Below are positions 41,042-55,514 of a DNA stretch of 64,000 nt, piece by piece; the stretch's first letter is position 1; every line of letters starts with the position of its first letter. The stretch lies in contig CAUYUJ010000319.1 in the NCBI GenBank assembly GCA_963575745.1, positions 1-64,000 on the forward strand. The letters are read 5' to 3'. A model generated the notes under the pieces. It ran no database searches and was not told the origin of the DNA. It saw only the letters and a list, made by a program, of their open reading frames with translations. Position numbers and translations under genes: made by a program. Source of the stretch: Prorocentrum cordatum (Eukaryota).

Positions 41042-41860
41042 GACTGATGATGCTGATGATGCTGCTGATGCTGATGATGATGACGATGATGATGATGATG
41101 ATGATGCTGATGCTGCTGCTGCTGATGATGATGCTGCTGCTGCTGATGATGATAGTGATGATGCTGATGCTGCTGATGATCATGCTGCCGTTGATGATGA
41201 TGCTGCTGATGATGATGGTACTGATGCTGCTGCTGCTGATGCTGATGCTGCTGATCATGGTGATGATGATGCTGATGACGATGATGATGCTGCTGAACAT
41301 ACTGCTGACGATGATGGTGCTGATGCTGACGTTGATGATTATGCTGATGCTGACGACAGTGATGGTGAATATGATGATTATGATGCTGATGCTGCTGCTG
41401 CTGATGTTCGTAAGGATGAGGATGCTGCTACTGATGCTGTTGATGATGGCAATGATGATGCTGATGACGATGGTGATGTTGCTGATGATGCTGCTGACGA
41501 TGATGATGATGCTGATGCTGATGCTGATGGTGATGATTAGGATGATGCTGACGACAATGATGATGAATCTGATGACGATGATGATGACTATGATTATGAT
41601 GGTGATGATGCTAATATGATGATGATGATGGTGCGTGCTGCTGATGATGATGGTGATGATGATGCTGACTGCTGCTGATGATGATAATACTGCTGCTGCT
41701 GATGATGCTGCTGATGATGCTGTTGATGATGATGCTGATGGTAATGATGCTGCTGCTGATGATGCTGATGCTGATGCTGATGATGGTGGTGATGGTGATG
41801 ATGATGCTGATGCTGATGATGGTGCTGATGAGGCTGCTGCTGTTGTTGTTGCTGATGATG

Positions 41861-41924
<64 letters not shown>

Positions 41925-42112
41925 ATGATGCTGCTGATTCTGATGCTGATGCTGATGCCGATGCGGGCGATGATGATGATGATGATGATGCTGATGATGA
42001 TGATGTTGATGATTCTGATGATGATTCTGACGATGATGATGATGCTGATGCTGCTGCTGCTGATGATGCTGATGATGATGATGCTGCTGTTGATGATGAT
42101 GATGATGATGAC

Positions 42113-42156
<44 letters not shown>

Positions 42157-43680
42157 GGAGGAGGAGGAGGAGGAGGAGGAGGAGGGGGAGGAGGAGGAGG
42201 AGGTAGAGCAGGAGGAGGAGAGGTCACGGCAAGGTTCGTCCCCTAGACGCTCTTCGGGCATCGCTACTTGGGACTGTGAGCGTGACCTCAGGCCGGGCAC
42301 ACATGATTTGCACGGCACGGTCTAACAGGTCACGTGCCGGGACCACACGGACTGGGAGGATGCTTAGGAGGACGAGAGGAAGGAGGAGGATGGGGGAGGA
42401 GAGGGAGGAGGATGTGGGAGGCCAGAGGCCAGTGGAGAGGAGGATCGGGGACGATTGATGCTGAGGAGGAGGAGGGCGAGGGGCTTACATGGGGGGTACT
42501 TGGGGAGACGGGAGGGCGGCGAGCGTGGGCAGCCCTGCGCTGCGCACCCCCTTCTGGGCTCGGCAGCAGCGCGATTTTTTGGCGCCACCGCTCCATGGCA
42601 GCGCGCCGCAGGTAGGCATCCCGGGCCCCAGGTCGCCCGCGCCGCTTGCCTCCTCTACCGCCTGGGGAGGACGAGGAGGAGGAGGAGGAGGAGGAACAGT
42701 AGGACGAGGATGAGGAGAAGGAGGAGGAGGAAATGGAGGGAACGGAGGAGCAGGAGGAGGACGGATGGCTGGGTGGCGATGATGATGACTATGAGGATGG
42801 TGATGGTGATGGTGATGGTGATGGTGATGGTGATGGTGATGGTGATGATGCTGATGATGATGATGCTGATGCTGATGGTGATGGTGATGGTGATGGTGGT
42901 GATTGCGGTAATGGTGATGGTGATGGTGATGGTGATGATGATGCTGATGGTACTGATCATGACGATGATGATTATGATGACGATGATGAGGCTGATGATG
43001 AAACTGATGAAGACGATGATGATGACGATGATGATGCTGATGATGATGATGATGATGATGATGAGGATGATCAGGATGATGCTGATGATGCTGATGATGA
43101 TGGTCATGATGATGACGAAGCCAGTGGTGGTTGTTGGGATGAAGGCGACGTCGATGATGATCATGACGATTATGATGCTGCTGATGATGAGGAGGATGAT
43201 GAGGAGCGAGAGGAGGAGGAGGAGGTGGAGGAGGAACGGGACGAGACCAATCATGACTATTCGTGTTGAGGCCAGGATGGTGATGTTGCTGGTGGTGGCT
43301 GTGATGATGCTGCTGATGCTGATTATGATGACGATGCTGATGATGCTGATGCTGATGCTGACGCTGCTGCTGATGATGATGATGATGATGATGATGCTCA
43401 TGGGACGATGATAATGCTGCTGATGATGATGATTATGATGCTGCTGCTGGTGATTGTGGTGGTGGTGATGATGATGATGATGCTGATGCTGATGCTGGTG
43501 CTGGTGCTGGTGCTGATGCTGATGATATTGATTATGATTTTGATGATGCGGTTGATGATGATGCTGCTGATGATGATGCTGATGCTGATGCTGATGGTGA
43601 TGATGGTGATGATGCTGATGCTGATGCTGACTTTCACGATACTTACGATGACGCCGACGATGAAGACGGTGATGAGGAAC
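39835..43680 (+). repeat. Large degenerate (GAT/GCT)n region (39835-42155 and 42775-43680) with internal duplications
   Basis: gatcatgctgccgttgatg and gaacatactgctgacgatg recur at about 40000-40310 and 41180-41310. Confidence 0.95.
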
Positions 43681-44737
43681 AGTAGCAGTGAACATCGAAC
43701 GAGGAGGTCCTGCCATTGGAACATAGAAGAAGGATGACCAGGCTCTACTGGGCACCTGTGGTAGGATCGCGGGAAAATGCGGAGGAGGAGGAGACAAGGA
43801 GGAGGAGGAGCATAAGAAGAAGGCTGGACAGGGCAGGTCACGCGCCGGCCCCAACCGCGGGCGCCCGCGGCGGGCGCGGGGCGTTGACTAGCGGGAACAG
43901 CCGATGCTGCTGCTGCTGCTGAGGAGACAGAAAACAGCGAGATAGGGAGGCAGACGGAGGAGGGAGGAGAGAGGAGGGAGGAGGGAGGAGGGAGGAGGAG
44001 GAGGCGGAGGAGGAGGAGGAGGAGGAGGAGGAGGAGGAGGAGGAGGAGGAGGAGGAGGGAGGAGGAGGGGGAGGAGGAGGAGGAGGAGGAGGAGGAGAGG
44101 AGAGAGGGAGGGAGAGGAAGGGGAGATGGGGAGGACCAGGGAGTAGGGAGGAGGGAGGTGAGGGAGAGGCGAATGCCGAGGCGGAAAGTGGAGGCGGAGG
44201 CGGAGGCGGAGGCGGTGGCGGAGGAGAGGAGGAGGGTGGCGGAGGAGGAGGCGGTGGCGGAGGAGGAAGAGGAGGTGGAGGAGGAGGAGGCGGGAGGAGG
44301 AGGAGGAGGCGGAGGAGGAGGGGATCAGGAGGAGGAGGAGGCGGAGGAGGAGGAGGGGAGGAGGAGGAGGAGGAGGAGGAGGAGGAGGAGGAGGAGAGGA
44401 GGAGAGGAGCGAGGGAGCAGGGAGCAGGGAGGAGGGAGGAGGGAGGAGGGAGGGGGAGGAGGGAGAGAGAGGGGAGAGGGAGGAGAGGGAGGACGAAGAG
44501 GGAGGAGGGAGGAGGGAGGCGGAAGAGGAAGGAGAAAGGGATGAGGAGGAAGGAGGAAGGAGGCGAACAAGGAGGAGTGAGGAGGGAGGTGGGAGGAGCG
44601 AGAGGGAGGGAGGGAGGGAGGAGGGAGGAGGGAGGGAGGGAGAGGAAGGAGGGGGGAGGAGGAAGGAGGAGGGAGGAGGAGGAGGAGGAGGAGGAGGAGG
44701 CGGAGAGGAGGAGGAGGAGGAGGAGGAGGAGGAGGAG

Positions 44738-44769
<32 letters not shown>

Positions 44770-44880
44770 GGAGGAGCAGGAGGAGGAGGAAGAGGAGGAG
44801 TAGGAGGAAGTGGAGGAGGACGACGACGACAGACGACGACGGCGATGACAGCGGCGACGACGACGACGACCACGGGCGGC

Positions 44881-44902
44881 TTCGTAGCCATTTCGGGCCA
44901 GG
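44881..44902 (+). other. Decayed spliced-leader relic (17/22 matches) 8 nt before an ATG
   Basis: TTCGTAGCCATTTCGGGCCAGG versus TCCGTAGCCATTTTGGCTCAAG. Confidence 0.6.
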
Positions 44903-44909
44903 CCCTGCC

Positions 44910-45951
44910 ATGCTGACCCGTGGCGGCCGCGAGGCCTCGGCGCGCGCTCGCGGCATGCGGCCCCCGTGCCTGCCTGCCGCCAGCGGCTCGGGCCGTACCG
45001 GCATCCCCCGGGGCAACGGGGCCGGTCCGTTCTGGCCGCGTGCATCCCTCGCCATAGGGGAAGCGGGTCCCGACCCAGACCCCGTCGAGTCATGAAACAG
45101 TCACGACGAGTGTTTTTTCGCCATTTCGGGGCCCTCGGGGCCCTCCACGGGCCCCGGGACCGCCGGAAAACGGCTCAGGACGAAGAGCTGGTCCTGGGGG
45201 AAGGCCCTGGGGTCCAGGACCCGTTTCCCTCAGGACCCGTTTCCCCCATGCTAAGTCCCGAATTGAGGCTTGGAGTGGTCCTATGCTGGCAGAAGGTCTG
45301 CTGACCTCGAGGCCCCAAAGATCTCACTGGACGGTGCGTCGCCGGACGGCTTCTCAGGGGAGGGGCAGGTGCCGAAGCCGAGACGCGCCTCTCGCCGCCA
45401 CAGTCGGGTTCGCCTCGAAGTCCTGGTCAGAGCGCGCCCCTGGAGAGGTCTCGGGAGCAGCGGCATCGGTACCGTTCTGTGTCGTGCGTCTGGGAGCGCT
45501 GGAGGCCCTGGGCGCCACGGACATCCTCGGGCACTTCTGGCCCACTGGACGGTGTGGTCACATCACCGTTTGTGGACCCCAGCAAAAGTAACCAGCCTCG
45601 AACTTATCCCTATCCCTAAGATGGGCCAGCAAAAAGCGAGGACAATCTTAGGGATAAGCCCTCAGAAACAGAGGGAATATTTAAGATCGGCATCGAGGTG
45701 AGGTGATGTCAAACATAGGGATAGGGATATGTTTCAAACTGGTAAAAAAAAAAGGGATCACCAGATCGCGCCGCACCGTGAATGCATCGACGATGGGGCG
45801 TGATCTGGACGTTCCGACTTGCCCCATCCCGACGTCGCAGATGCCACCGCGGATGCATCGGCCCCATATGTATTTTCAAGAGCCGCCGATCCGCAGAAGG
45901 TGGATGGACAAATGCCATTATGTTCGCTTCCCATACCTACCCCCGGCATGA
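44910..45951 (+). CDS. Putative 179-aa hypothetical protein split by three TIR elements (segments 44910-45054, 45254-45353, 45491-45588, 45755-45951)
   Basis: Follows an SL relic; removing each element plus one TSD gives 540 nt with no internal stop; no recognisable domain. Confidence 0.4.
45589..45745. mobile_element. TIR MITE of the same family as the AKR insert 56201-56358, in opposite orientation
   Basis: taaccagcctcgaacttatccctatccctaag...atagggatagggatatgtttcaaactggtaa; flanked by AAAAG on both sides (4 extra A on the right). Confidence 0.85.
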
Positions 45952-46019
45952 CATCCAGGAATGATGCCCAGGCGATCAGGTGGGAACAGGGACCTGTATA
46001 CTTATGTGTGTATGCATCA

Positions 46020-47125
46020 ATGTATGTAATTGTGTATATATGTATGTATGTATGCATGCATGCATGCATGCATGCATGCCTGTATGCATGCATGTATGTG
46101 TGTGTTTATGTCTGTCTGTCTCTGTGTATGCATGTAAGTCTGTATGCATGTGTGTATGTATGTATGTATGTATGCATGCATGCATGCATGCATGCATGCA
46201 TGCATGTATGCATGTATGTATGTATGTATGTATGTATGTATGTATGTATGTATGTTTGTATGTATGTATGTATGTATGTATATATGTATGTATGTATGTA
46301 TGTATATACGCATCTATGTATGCACATGCGTACCTATGCATGTACGAGTGCATATATACACGTATGTATGCATGCATGTATGTATGTATGCATGTATGTA
46401 TGCATGTAGATGTGCAGGTGTGTATGCGTGTATGCATGCATGTATGTATACATGTATGCATGCATGTATGTATGTATGCATGTAGGTCTGCAGGCATGCA
46501 CGTATGCCTGTATGTATGCATGTATGCATGCATGCATGCATGTATGCATGTATGCATGTAGGCCTGTATGCCTGTATGCATGCATGCATGCTTGTATGTA
46601 TGTATGTGTGGATTGTATGCACGCGTGTATGTGTGTATGTCTGTCTGTATGTATGTACGTATGTGATGTATGCATGCATGCATGCATGCATGCATGCATG
46701 CATGCACGTATGTATGTATGTATGTATGTATGTATGTATGCATGTATGTATGTATGTATGTATGTATGTATGTATGGGTGCATGTGTGTGTATGTATGCA
46801 TGTATGGATGTAGGTCTGTCTGCATGCAAATGTGCACGTATGCAGATAAGCAGGCATCCATGTATGTAGATATGCCGGTACGTAGGTATATATGCATGCA
46901 TGACTTCATGCATGTATATATATATATGTATGCATATATGCATGGATGAATGCATGCATGTCTGCATGTATGCATACGTGCATGTAACGTATGTATATGT
47001 ATATGTATGTATGCATGCATGCATGCATGCATGCGTGTATGTATGTATGCATGTATGCATGTATGTATGTATGTATGTATGTATGTATGTAGGTATGTAT
47101 GTATATTTATGTGTATATGTATATC
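46020..47125. repeat. (TATG/CATG)n tetranucleotide tract
   Basis: Directly visible; smaller tract at about 24890-24990. Confidence 0.95.
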
Positions 47126-47319
47126 TACATATCGTCATAAACGCATGCCTTCGAAAGGCCACCGATGCTGACTTTGGAGACCTTTGGGGGCCTCTCGGAA
47201 GCCTCCTGCAGTCTTGGAGCCCCCTCGGAGGTCCCGTGGGGCCCAGTCTGGGAGCGCGTGGGGACCTCTCTGCGCGGGCCCCGTTTGGAGCCATCCTGCA
47301 GACCTTCCATCCAAAAGGG

Positions 47320-47340
47320 TTTAGGGTTTAGGGTTTAGGG
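47320..47340 (+). repeat. Interstitial telomere-type repeat (TTTAGGG)3
   Basis: Exact; further partial units at about 47875-47910 and 49866-49877. Confidence 0.8.
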
Positions 47341-47463
47341 TCTACAAGCTCTGCCGCAGCTGATCCCCTCCTGCCTAGGAGCCCACCTGCGGTGGCTGCC
47401 AGTCCCACCCGCAAACCACCCTACCATAAAGATCATCTCTCCCCTCGTTGTAAGTACAACGAA

Positions 47464-47590
47464 TGGGAGCGCTTGGGAGCGCATGGGAGCGCCTGGGAGT
47501 GCTGGGAGCGCTTGGGAGCGCCTGGAACGCCTGGGAGCGCTTGGGAGCGCCTGGAGCGCCTGGGAGCGCCTGGGAGCGTTGTGAGCGCCT
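47464..47590 (+). repeat. (TGGGAGCGCC)n decamer minisatellite
   Basis: Directly visible. Confidence 0.85.
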
Positions 47591-50500
47591 GAAACATCAT
47601 CGACGTCATACTGTAAAACCCCGGATTCTGCGTCAGCGGCGCACTTGGTAAGGAAAGTCTCATAGGTCTATGAACGCATAATCCGAAATTAGTATTTTTG
47701 CAAGGGATGGCGAGGAGTTACGTCCGCGGACGCGCATTTGTATTGTGAATCGCAATTGTTTATGCACGCATGATCAGGACATCAGGTTTTTTTTTGTAAG
47801 GGGTGGTGCCGGTTTACATGCCCGTTTTGCATGCGACCCGTATGTAGCCGCTGTCCGGGCCAGTTTTTAGATATTTAGGGTTTAGTAATTATGAGATTAG
47901 AGATTTAGGGTCCATTAGCCAAGCTTGAAGCTTGTTGGATGCGCCCCACCCGCCCATGACCCAAGACATATTGATCTCAAAGCGACGACGACGACATCGA
48001 TGACGAAGACGACGATATTGATCCCAAAACGACGACGACGACTACACAGTCGTGCAAAGACGTCTGGCAAGTCGCTGCAACAGCGATGCGGCCCGCGCGC
48101 GCGACGACGCGATTTGAAGAACAACGTATATCGACGCGAGTCCCTGTGCGTCGCAGGGACGCCGCCCAGCGGCGGTGAGATTGCACGGAGTGGCTGCGCA
48201 AAGGTCGCTGCAACGGCGATGCGGCCAGCGCGCGCGCCGACGCGATTTGAAGACAGTGCGTATGGACGCGAGTCCCTGTGCGTGGCAGGGACGCCGCCCA
48301 GCGGCGGTGAGATGGGGCGGCTGCGCAGGGCGCGCAGGATAGCTCGTTGCCTCGAAGAGAGGGGGCCGCATGTGCATCCTCGGGGCTGCGGCGCGGCCCG
48401 CGAAGGCCGATGCAAGGGCGATGTGCAGCGTGCGCGCGACGCGACGCCACTAGCTCCCCGCAGCCCTTTGTCGACGCCTTGGCGATGCATAGACCAGGTT
48501 GACACGAAGTGCGCGGGATGGTTCGTTGCTTGGCGAAAGAGACCCCGTGTTTGTATCCTTGGCACCGCGAGGCGATGCGCGAAGGCCGATGCATGGGCGA
48601 TGCGACCCGCGCGCGCGCGAAGAGACACAAAGGGTAGCCCCCCCACCCCAGCTGAACAGCAACTTGCCGATGCCTTGGCGATGCGTGGCCTAACTCGACG
48701 CGAGGCGCGCGGGATATTTCGTTGCTTCCACGAGAGGGCCCCCCCTTAGCATCCTTGGGACTGTAGCGCAGCGCACGAAGGCCGATGCAACGGCGATGCG
48801 GCGCGCGCGCGAAGCGACGAAATGGGTAAATCCTCGCGGCAGGCTGCCGACGCATTGGCGATGCGTCGCCCAGCTCGGTGCGTCCGCCGTGGGATCGCGT
48901 TTCGCGACGTCCGCCGAGAACGGCTCGAGTGTCTTGGCGCCCCGACCGACCTCGCTCGCCAGCGCGCCGTCTGCCGCGCTCCTCGACCCTCGCCTTGGAC
49001 GCGCTGGGACTCCTCGGCTCTCCCGCCCGCGCTGCGCCCGGCGCCGCCGGTCAGAAGCGCGCTTCCGAGCCCCCGGCGAGGGAGGAACGCCGCGAGGAAC
49101 TGCACAGGTCGGACCACGTCTCCTTTGCCCTTCTGGACCACGAGGGAGAGTCCGTCGTCGACAAGGCGCGGCTGCGTGGAAGAAAGGAGGGGTCGCGTGC
49201 GCGAGCATTTGTGCGTTCCCCTGGGGCGGGGGGGCGATCGCGCGTGAGCGCCCTGCTATTCCACGCGGTGCGTCGCGCCAGTGGCCTGCGTCAGCCACCG
49301 CGCCAGGGCCCTCATGCGTCGTCGCGCGCCCCCCTTTCTCCGCCTCGACCAGGTGCCATTGGACAAGCTGTGGGAGGCCGCGGCCCAGGGCTCCCACTGG
49401 GCGAAATCCCGCGCCAACTTGTCGAGCGATTCGGAACATCGTGTCGGGGTCGGGATCAGCCAGACGGCGGGGGCCTTGGCGGTGGCGGTCCGGAAGTTTC
49501 GGGACGATCCCCACATCAATGCCGTAGTTCAGCAGAAACGCTTGGAGAACGCCGTGCCCGAGGCCAACGCCTAGCTGCCGCGCTGGGACAGACTGAACCG
49601 CGGCCGCGGCTCGGAGGCCACGAGCGCCAAAGACAAAGGCGTCAGTTTCGCGAAGCTCAAGGCTGCCGCGGGCTCCTCGGCCGGCGGGAGCGGGGGCGGA
49701 GGCGGGTGCGCCCTGCGATTTGCAAAAGCTCCCAAAACACCATTCCTGGCACTCCGAGGGCGCGTATGTGCGTGAGCGGTGTGCCCAAATTGAGGGGCGC
49801 GGGAGGGGCGGCGTAAGGGCGTTTGAAGGCATTTTAGGATTTCAATCTTTATAGGCTCTTAGTTCTTAGGGTTTAGGCCCTCTCTGCGTGGGCCTTGCGT
49901 GGACCATCCATCCAAAAGGGAGGGTCTCCGACATTGGTCCGAGGTTCGCCTCCTGCTGGCAGACAGAACGCGCCGCCTCTCTGGTCCCTCCTGGGTCGCT
50001 CTTGGGGCGCCCCGGGGGGCCTCAGGGGGCCGTCTCGCGGCGATCCTGGGCCCCTCGTGGGGCTCTCCTGGGCCATCTCGGGCCGTCTCGAGGCAGCGGG
50101 GGCCCGCCGGAAGCGAGCGCGAGAAGGCGCACGCGCAATGAGCAATGTAGTTGTGTTGTTGTTGTTGTTGTTGTTGCTGCTGCAGTTGTCGTTGTTGTTG
50201 TTGATGATGATGTTGTTGTGGTCGTCGTTGTCGGCCTCGTTGTTGATATTGCTATATACGTATTATTATTGTTCCCGTTGCTGCCCTTGTTGTTGTTGGC
50301 GTTTTTGTTGTTCGTTTTTTTTGTTTTTTTTGGGGGGGGGGGGCTCTTGTTGTTTATGTTGTGGTTTTCGTTTTTGTTGTTGTTGCTTGGTATAACTATA
50401 GAACATATTTACATTATGGTTCCCACTGTTGTTTTTGATATGGTCGTTCTTGTTGTGGTTGTGGTTGTTGTTGTTGTTGTTGTTATTGTGGTTGTTGTGC

Positions 50501-50716
50501 TTGTAGTTATTGTTTTGCTATTGTTGTTGTTGCTGTTGAACTCTCACTTTTGAAGAATAATTCTTGTTGATCTGGCCTCACCTGTGCATCTTGTTTTTCT
50601 CAAACAAAGTGTGTATCTCGACGCTCGCACCCTGTTTTTTTGCCACGGAATGTCTTCGTGCTCAAACTGGGCCCGTGCCCCCCCGGATTACAACAACAAC
50701 AACAACAACAACAACA

Positions 50717-51474
50717 ATTACTAGCACGTGGGGACACTCCGTTCTCACCAGTGCCAGGGTTTTCATAGGAGGCTGGCAATACCCCCACTTTGTGGGGGGG
50801 CCGGTTCAAGCTCTACCAAATTTCCAAACGACTCTTCGCCACCACCCACACCCAGCTTCCCGCCCTATGACGTTCGGACACTTCACTTCGTGGCATGCGG
50901 ACGACCGTGGCTACTATTCAGGGCCCCGCGGCCGACGACGACGGCGTGCGCGCGCGAAGAAAAAACGAATGTGTCCCGCATGGTATTATTTGACAGGGAT
51001 GATGGCCCTGGCAGGTGCGCAACCGTTGTCGCAGAAGTTCGAAAAAGTTGCTCGCAAAAGCCCGTTTGACAGAAATGTTTAAAAAGTGTTGGGTTTCCTA
51101 CGAATCCGCAAGAGCGCGCGGGATGAGATTTTGACAATTTTTTTGTTGAAAAACCATTGGTTTTTTGATGTTTTTATGTTAAAATCGCTCGAACACTAAG
51201 GTTTTGGAAGGATTTCGTCTTGCGCGCGCGAATGTCCACTTTACCTTATTTTTTGCAAAGGATTCTTGAAATTTGATTATATTAGAACAAGAAATGTCAT
51301 TTTATAGTGTTTTTGCAAGGGAAAGCGGGGGGGAACAAAACAACCGGATCTTGATCACATCGAATTACCTGAGGCTTCCTCACGAAAATGATGAAAATGT
51401 AGCTGCGGCCTAGGCGGCGCAGGGGGGCCGTGCACCAGGGGTCCCAACAATAATTATTCTTTAGAATTAGTAAT
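50717..51474 (+). mobile_element. About 760-bp non-coding element inserted in (AAC)n
   Basis: attactagcacgtgggg...ctttagaattagtaat; highly similar inverted copy at about 59803-60562. Confidence 0.85.
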
Positions 51475-52469
51475 GTTCAACAACAACAACAACAACAACG
51501 GTTCCCGCCTGAGATTTCCTCCACATTTTTTCAGGACCCCGCCCCTGAGACGTCCTCACAATTTACTCAGGATCAGTGCGCCCGCTTGCGACTTCCTCGC
51601 AACTTCTCCACAAATTGCTCAGGAACGGCGCTCCCGCTTGAGATTTCCTCGCAATTGACCCAACACTTCCTCGCAATTTAATTACGGCCCCTGGTCCCGC
51701 CAGAGAACCCTTCACATTCTATTCAGGACTTGCGCCCTCGCCTGTGACTTCCATGCAATGTATTGAGAAATCGCGCTTTCGACGCTTGGGAAACACGCGG
51801 CGCCAATGACGCCGTTGCAATTTAATGAGTGATCGCGCTGTCGCCATACCCATGCATCCCGCTTGAATGTCCCACCCGCCCGACCCGCCCGTCAGGGGAT
51901 CGCCCGCCCGTCGTGGTCTCCCGCCCGAGACTTCCAACAGGAACGGCGCTTTCGCCTAGGGTTTCCCCCTCCCCTATTCTGCCTCCGCCCTCGTTTTTTT
52001 TGTTTTCTCTCTCTCTCTCTCTCTTTCCCCTCCTCTCTCTCTCTACCTGTCTTATCTGTCATTCTCTCTCTCTCTCTCCCTCTCTCTCTCTCTCTCCCTC
52101 TCTCTCTCTCTTTTTCTCTCTCTGTCTCTCTCTCTCTCCCTCTCTCTGCCTCTAATCAGCCGCGCCCCTCTTCGCTCTTTCTCTCCTGGCGTTTTCCCTC
52201 TTCCTTCGTCCCTCCCCCTCCCTTTTTCCCACTCTCCCCCGTTCTCCCCTTCTTTTTCGCAGGGCCCACGCCAATTCCAATGGCGGGCACATGTACGCCC
52301 ACGAAGGATTTTTCGCCCGTTCAGGTTTGCCCGCCTGTCGAAGCCCGCCGCCCCCCGCAAAGAGAAATAATTCCCAAAAGGGCGTGTGATCGAAGACGAA
52401 AAGGGCGGGTATCGAGGGTTTGGGAAACTCGTTTTGAACGCGAGCAAGTAAGAGCGAACAGTTTTAGAA

Positions 52470-53660
<1,191 letters not shown>

Positions 53661-55331
53661 TGTGGTCATTGTCGTTGCTGCTGCTGCAGATGTTGGGCTC
53701 GCGGGCATATCCTTGGGATCTTTTGAAGCCCTCTCGCAGGGCAGTTTGGGTACCCTGGAGGCGTCGGAACATGAATTTGGAGGCTGTGAGGGCCCGGAAG
53801 GTGCGTTGAGGAGAGCTCGCGCCTCCGCCTCCGCATTTTGGACCCCAGGGGGAGGGGAAAACGGGCAGGGTCGGGCGGCCGAGTACGAGAGAGGAGGGAG
53901 GGAGGTTGGGACGGAGGGAGGGAGAAGGGAGGGAGGGAGGGAGGAGGGAGGAGGGAAGGGAGGGAGGTAGAGGAGGGAGGGAGGGAGGGAGGGAGGGAGG
54001 GAGGGAGGGAGTGGAGGGAGGAGGAGGAGAGGAGGAGGAGGAGGAGGAGGAGGAGGAGGAGGAAGAGGAGGAGGAGGAGGAGGAGGAGGAAGGGAGTGTC
54101 GGGCGGGGCTGCGACGAGGACGGATCCGCTCCAGGGCGTTCCTGGACGCTCTGAGAAGGCCGCGGCGCCCGAGACATCCTCCGGAGCCGCCGGATTTCAG
54201 AGTTTCTCGATCCATCCCCACTTGACAGGCCTAGAGGTTGACACTAACACCAATATCGGCGGTGTGCCTCTACCGAGGGAAGAGGATCCTGATCTCGGCG
54301 ATGGTGGTAATATTCTGGGTCCCAACGTGACCGACATATTACCACCATCACCGAAATCTAGGATCATCTTCCCTCCTTGGAGGCAACCCCCTCGTGTTGG
54401 TGTTGGTGCCCATTTCCAGGCCTCCAATCACCCGAATTGGTCCTCGTCCTGGCTCTGTCTCAAGGGGGGACAGGCGATCGTCCCATAGCAAGGGAGGAAG
54501 AGCCACCCTGACCCGATGATGGGCGTTTACTGAACGGCCCTGGGCGTTTATTAAACAGCCCTGCCCTGTTCGATTCCTTCTTTGGGCGCGTTTACTAAAC
54601 GTCTTCGCGTGTCGGGATGGTCATTATGGGGGTGGATTTCTGACCTCTATCGTACGCCTTCTAACCGCAACCGCCGCCATCATGGCCGTGCCCGCTTCGC
54701 TTGGCGCCCTCTCGGCAGGGTCCTGTGCGGAGATGGCACGCGGTCGCCCCCTCGCGTCTCGTGTGCAGCTTCCCGCCGGCGCGCTCCCCGCCCCGCAACT
54801 CGCCGCTGCCGCCGCGCGCAGGGCAGGAAGGGCCCAATGACAAAGACCACAAACGGGCGACGAACGACGACCGACAACCGACGAAGGACGACGAGCGACG
54901 AACGACGAACAGCGAATGGTGACCAGGACAACGACTGTCGCCGAACGGCGCCCGACGACGAGCCCCCCCTGGGATCCCGGCGTCGCCCCAACATACTTAT
55001 ACCAGATGCGCGTCGTTCACCCAGGGGCGACGTGCGCACCGAGAAATCTTCTCCAATATCATACGCGTCGTGGCGGGTGCTATCTGGCCACGCCGCTCGG
55101 GAAACGATGTACTACAAGATGGGCATACTACATTTTTCGGGTCGGACGCGCGCCTCCAAGGAGGACACCTAGCATTAGCACGTCTCTGCGCGCCCCACGG
55201 GACACGCGGGTGCTCGGCGCACTCCCGGCCTCAACTCGGGCGAGCCCCGCTGCCCGCGCGCGCGCGGGCGCCGCGGCCGAGGGTGGCTGCCGCCTCGCAC
55301 GCCCCCGCCCCGCCTCGCCCCCGGCTGCTGT

Positions 55332-55514
55332 TCGAGTCGGGGATCGACCACATAGTTGAGTTACCCCCCGCATGGATTTTCTCGCCGACGCTACGGAGAG
55401 AACTACTCAGACTTTGCCGCAGGTTGGAGAACATTCTCCATGTCTTCGTTGTAGGTTGGATGGGGACGATCGAACTTGGGGGTACATCGATGCTGCAGTC
55501 GATCCCCCCCTCGC
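55332..55514. mobile_element. TIR MITE in the 5' region of the AKR gene, TSD GCTGT/GCTTT
   Basis: tcgagtcggggatcgac...gtcgatccccccctcgc. Confidence 0.7.

Noticed and set aside
50564..51082. 172-aa ORF duplicated on the opposite strand at 60196-60858
   Set aside because: The identity reflects two copies of a repeat element; no protein motifs, and the frame passes through a microsatellite.
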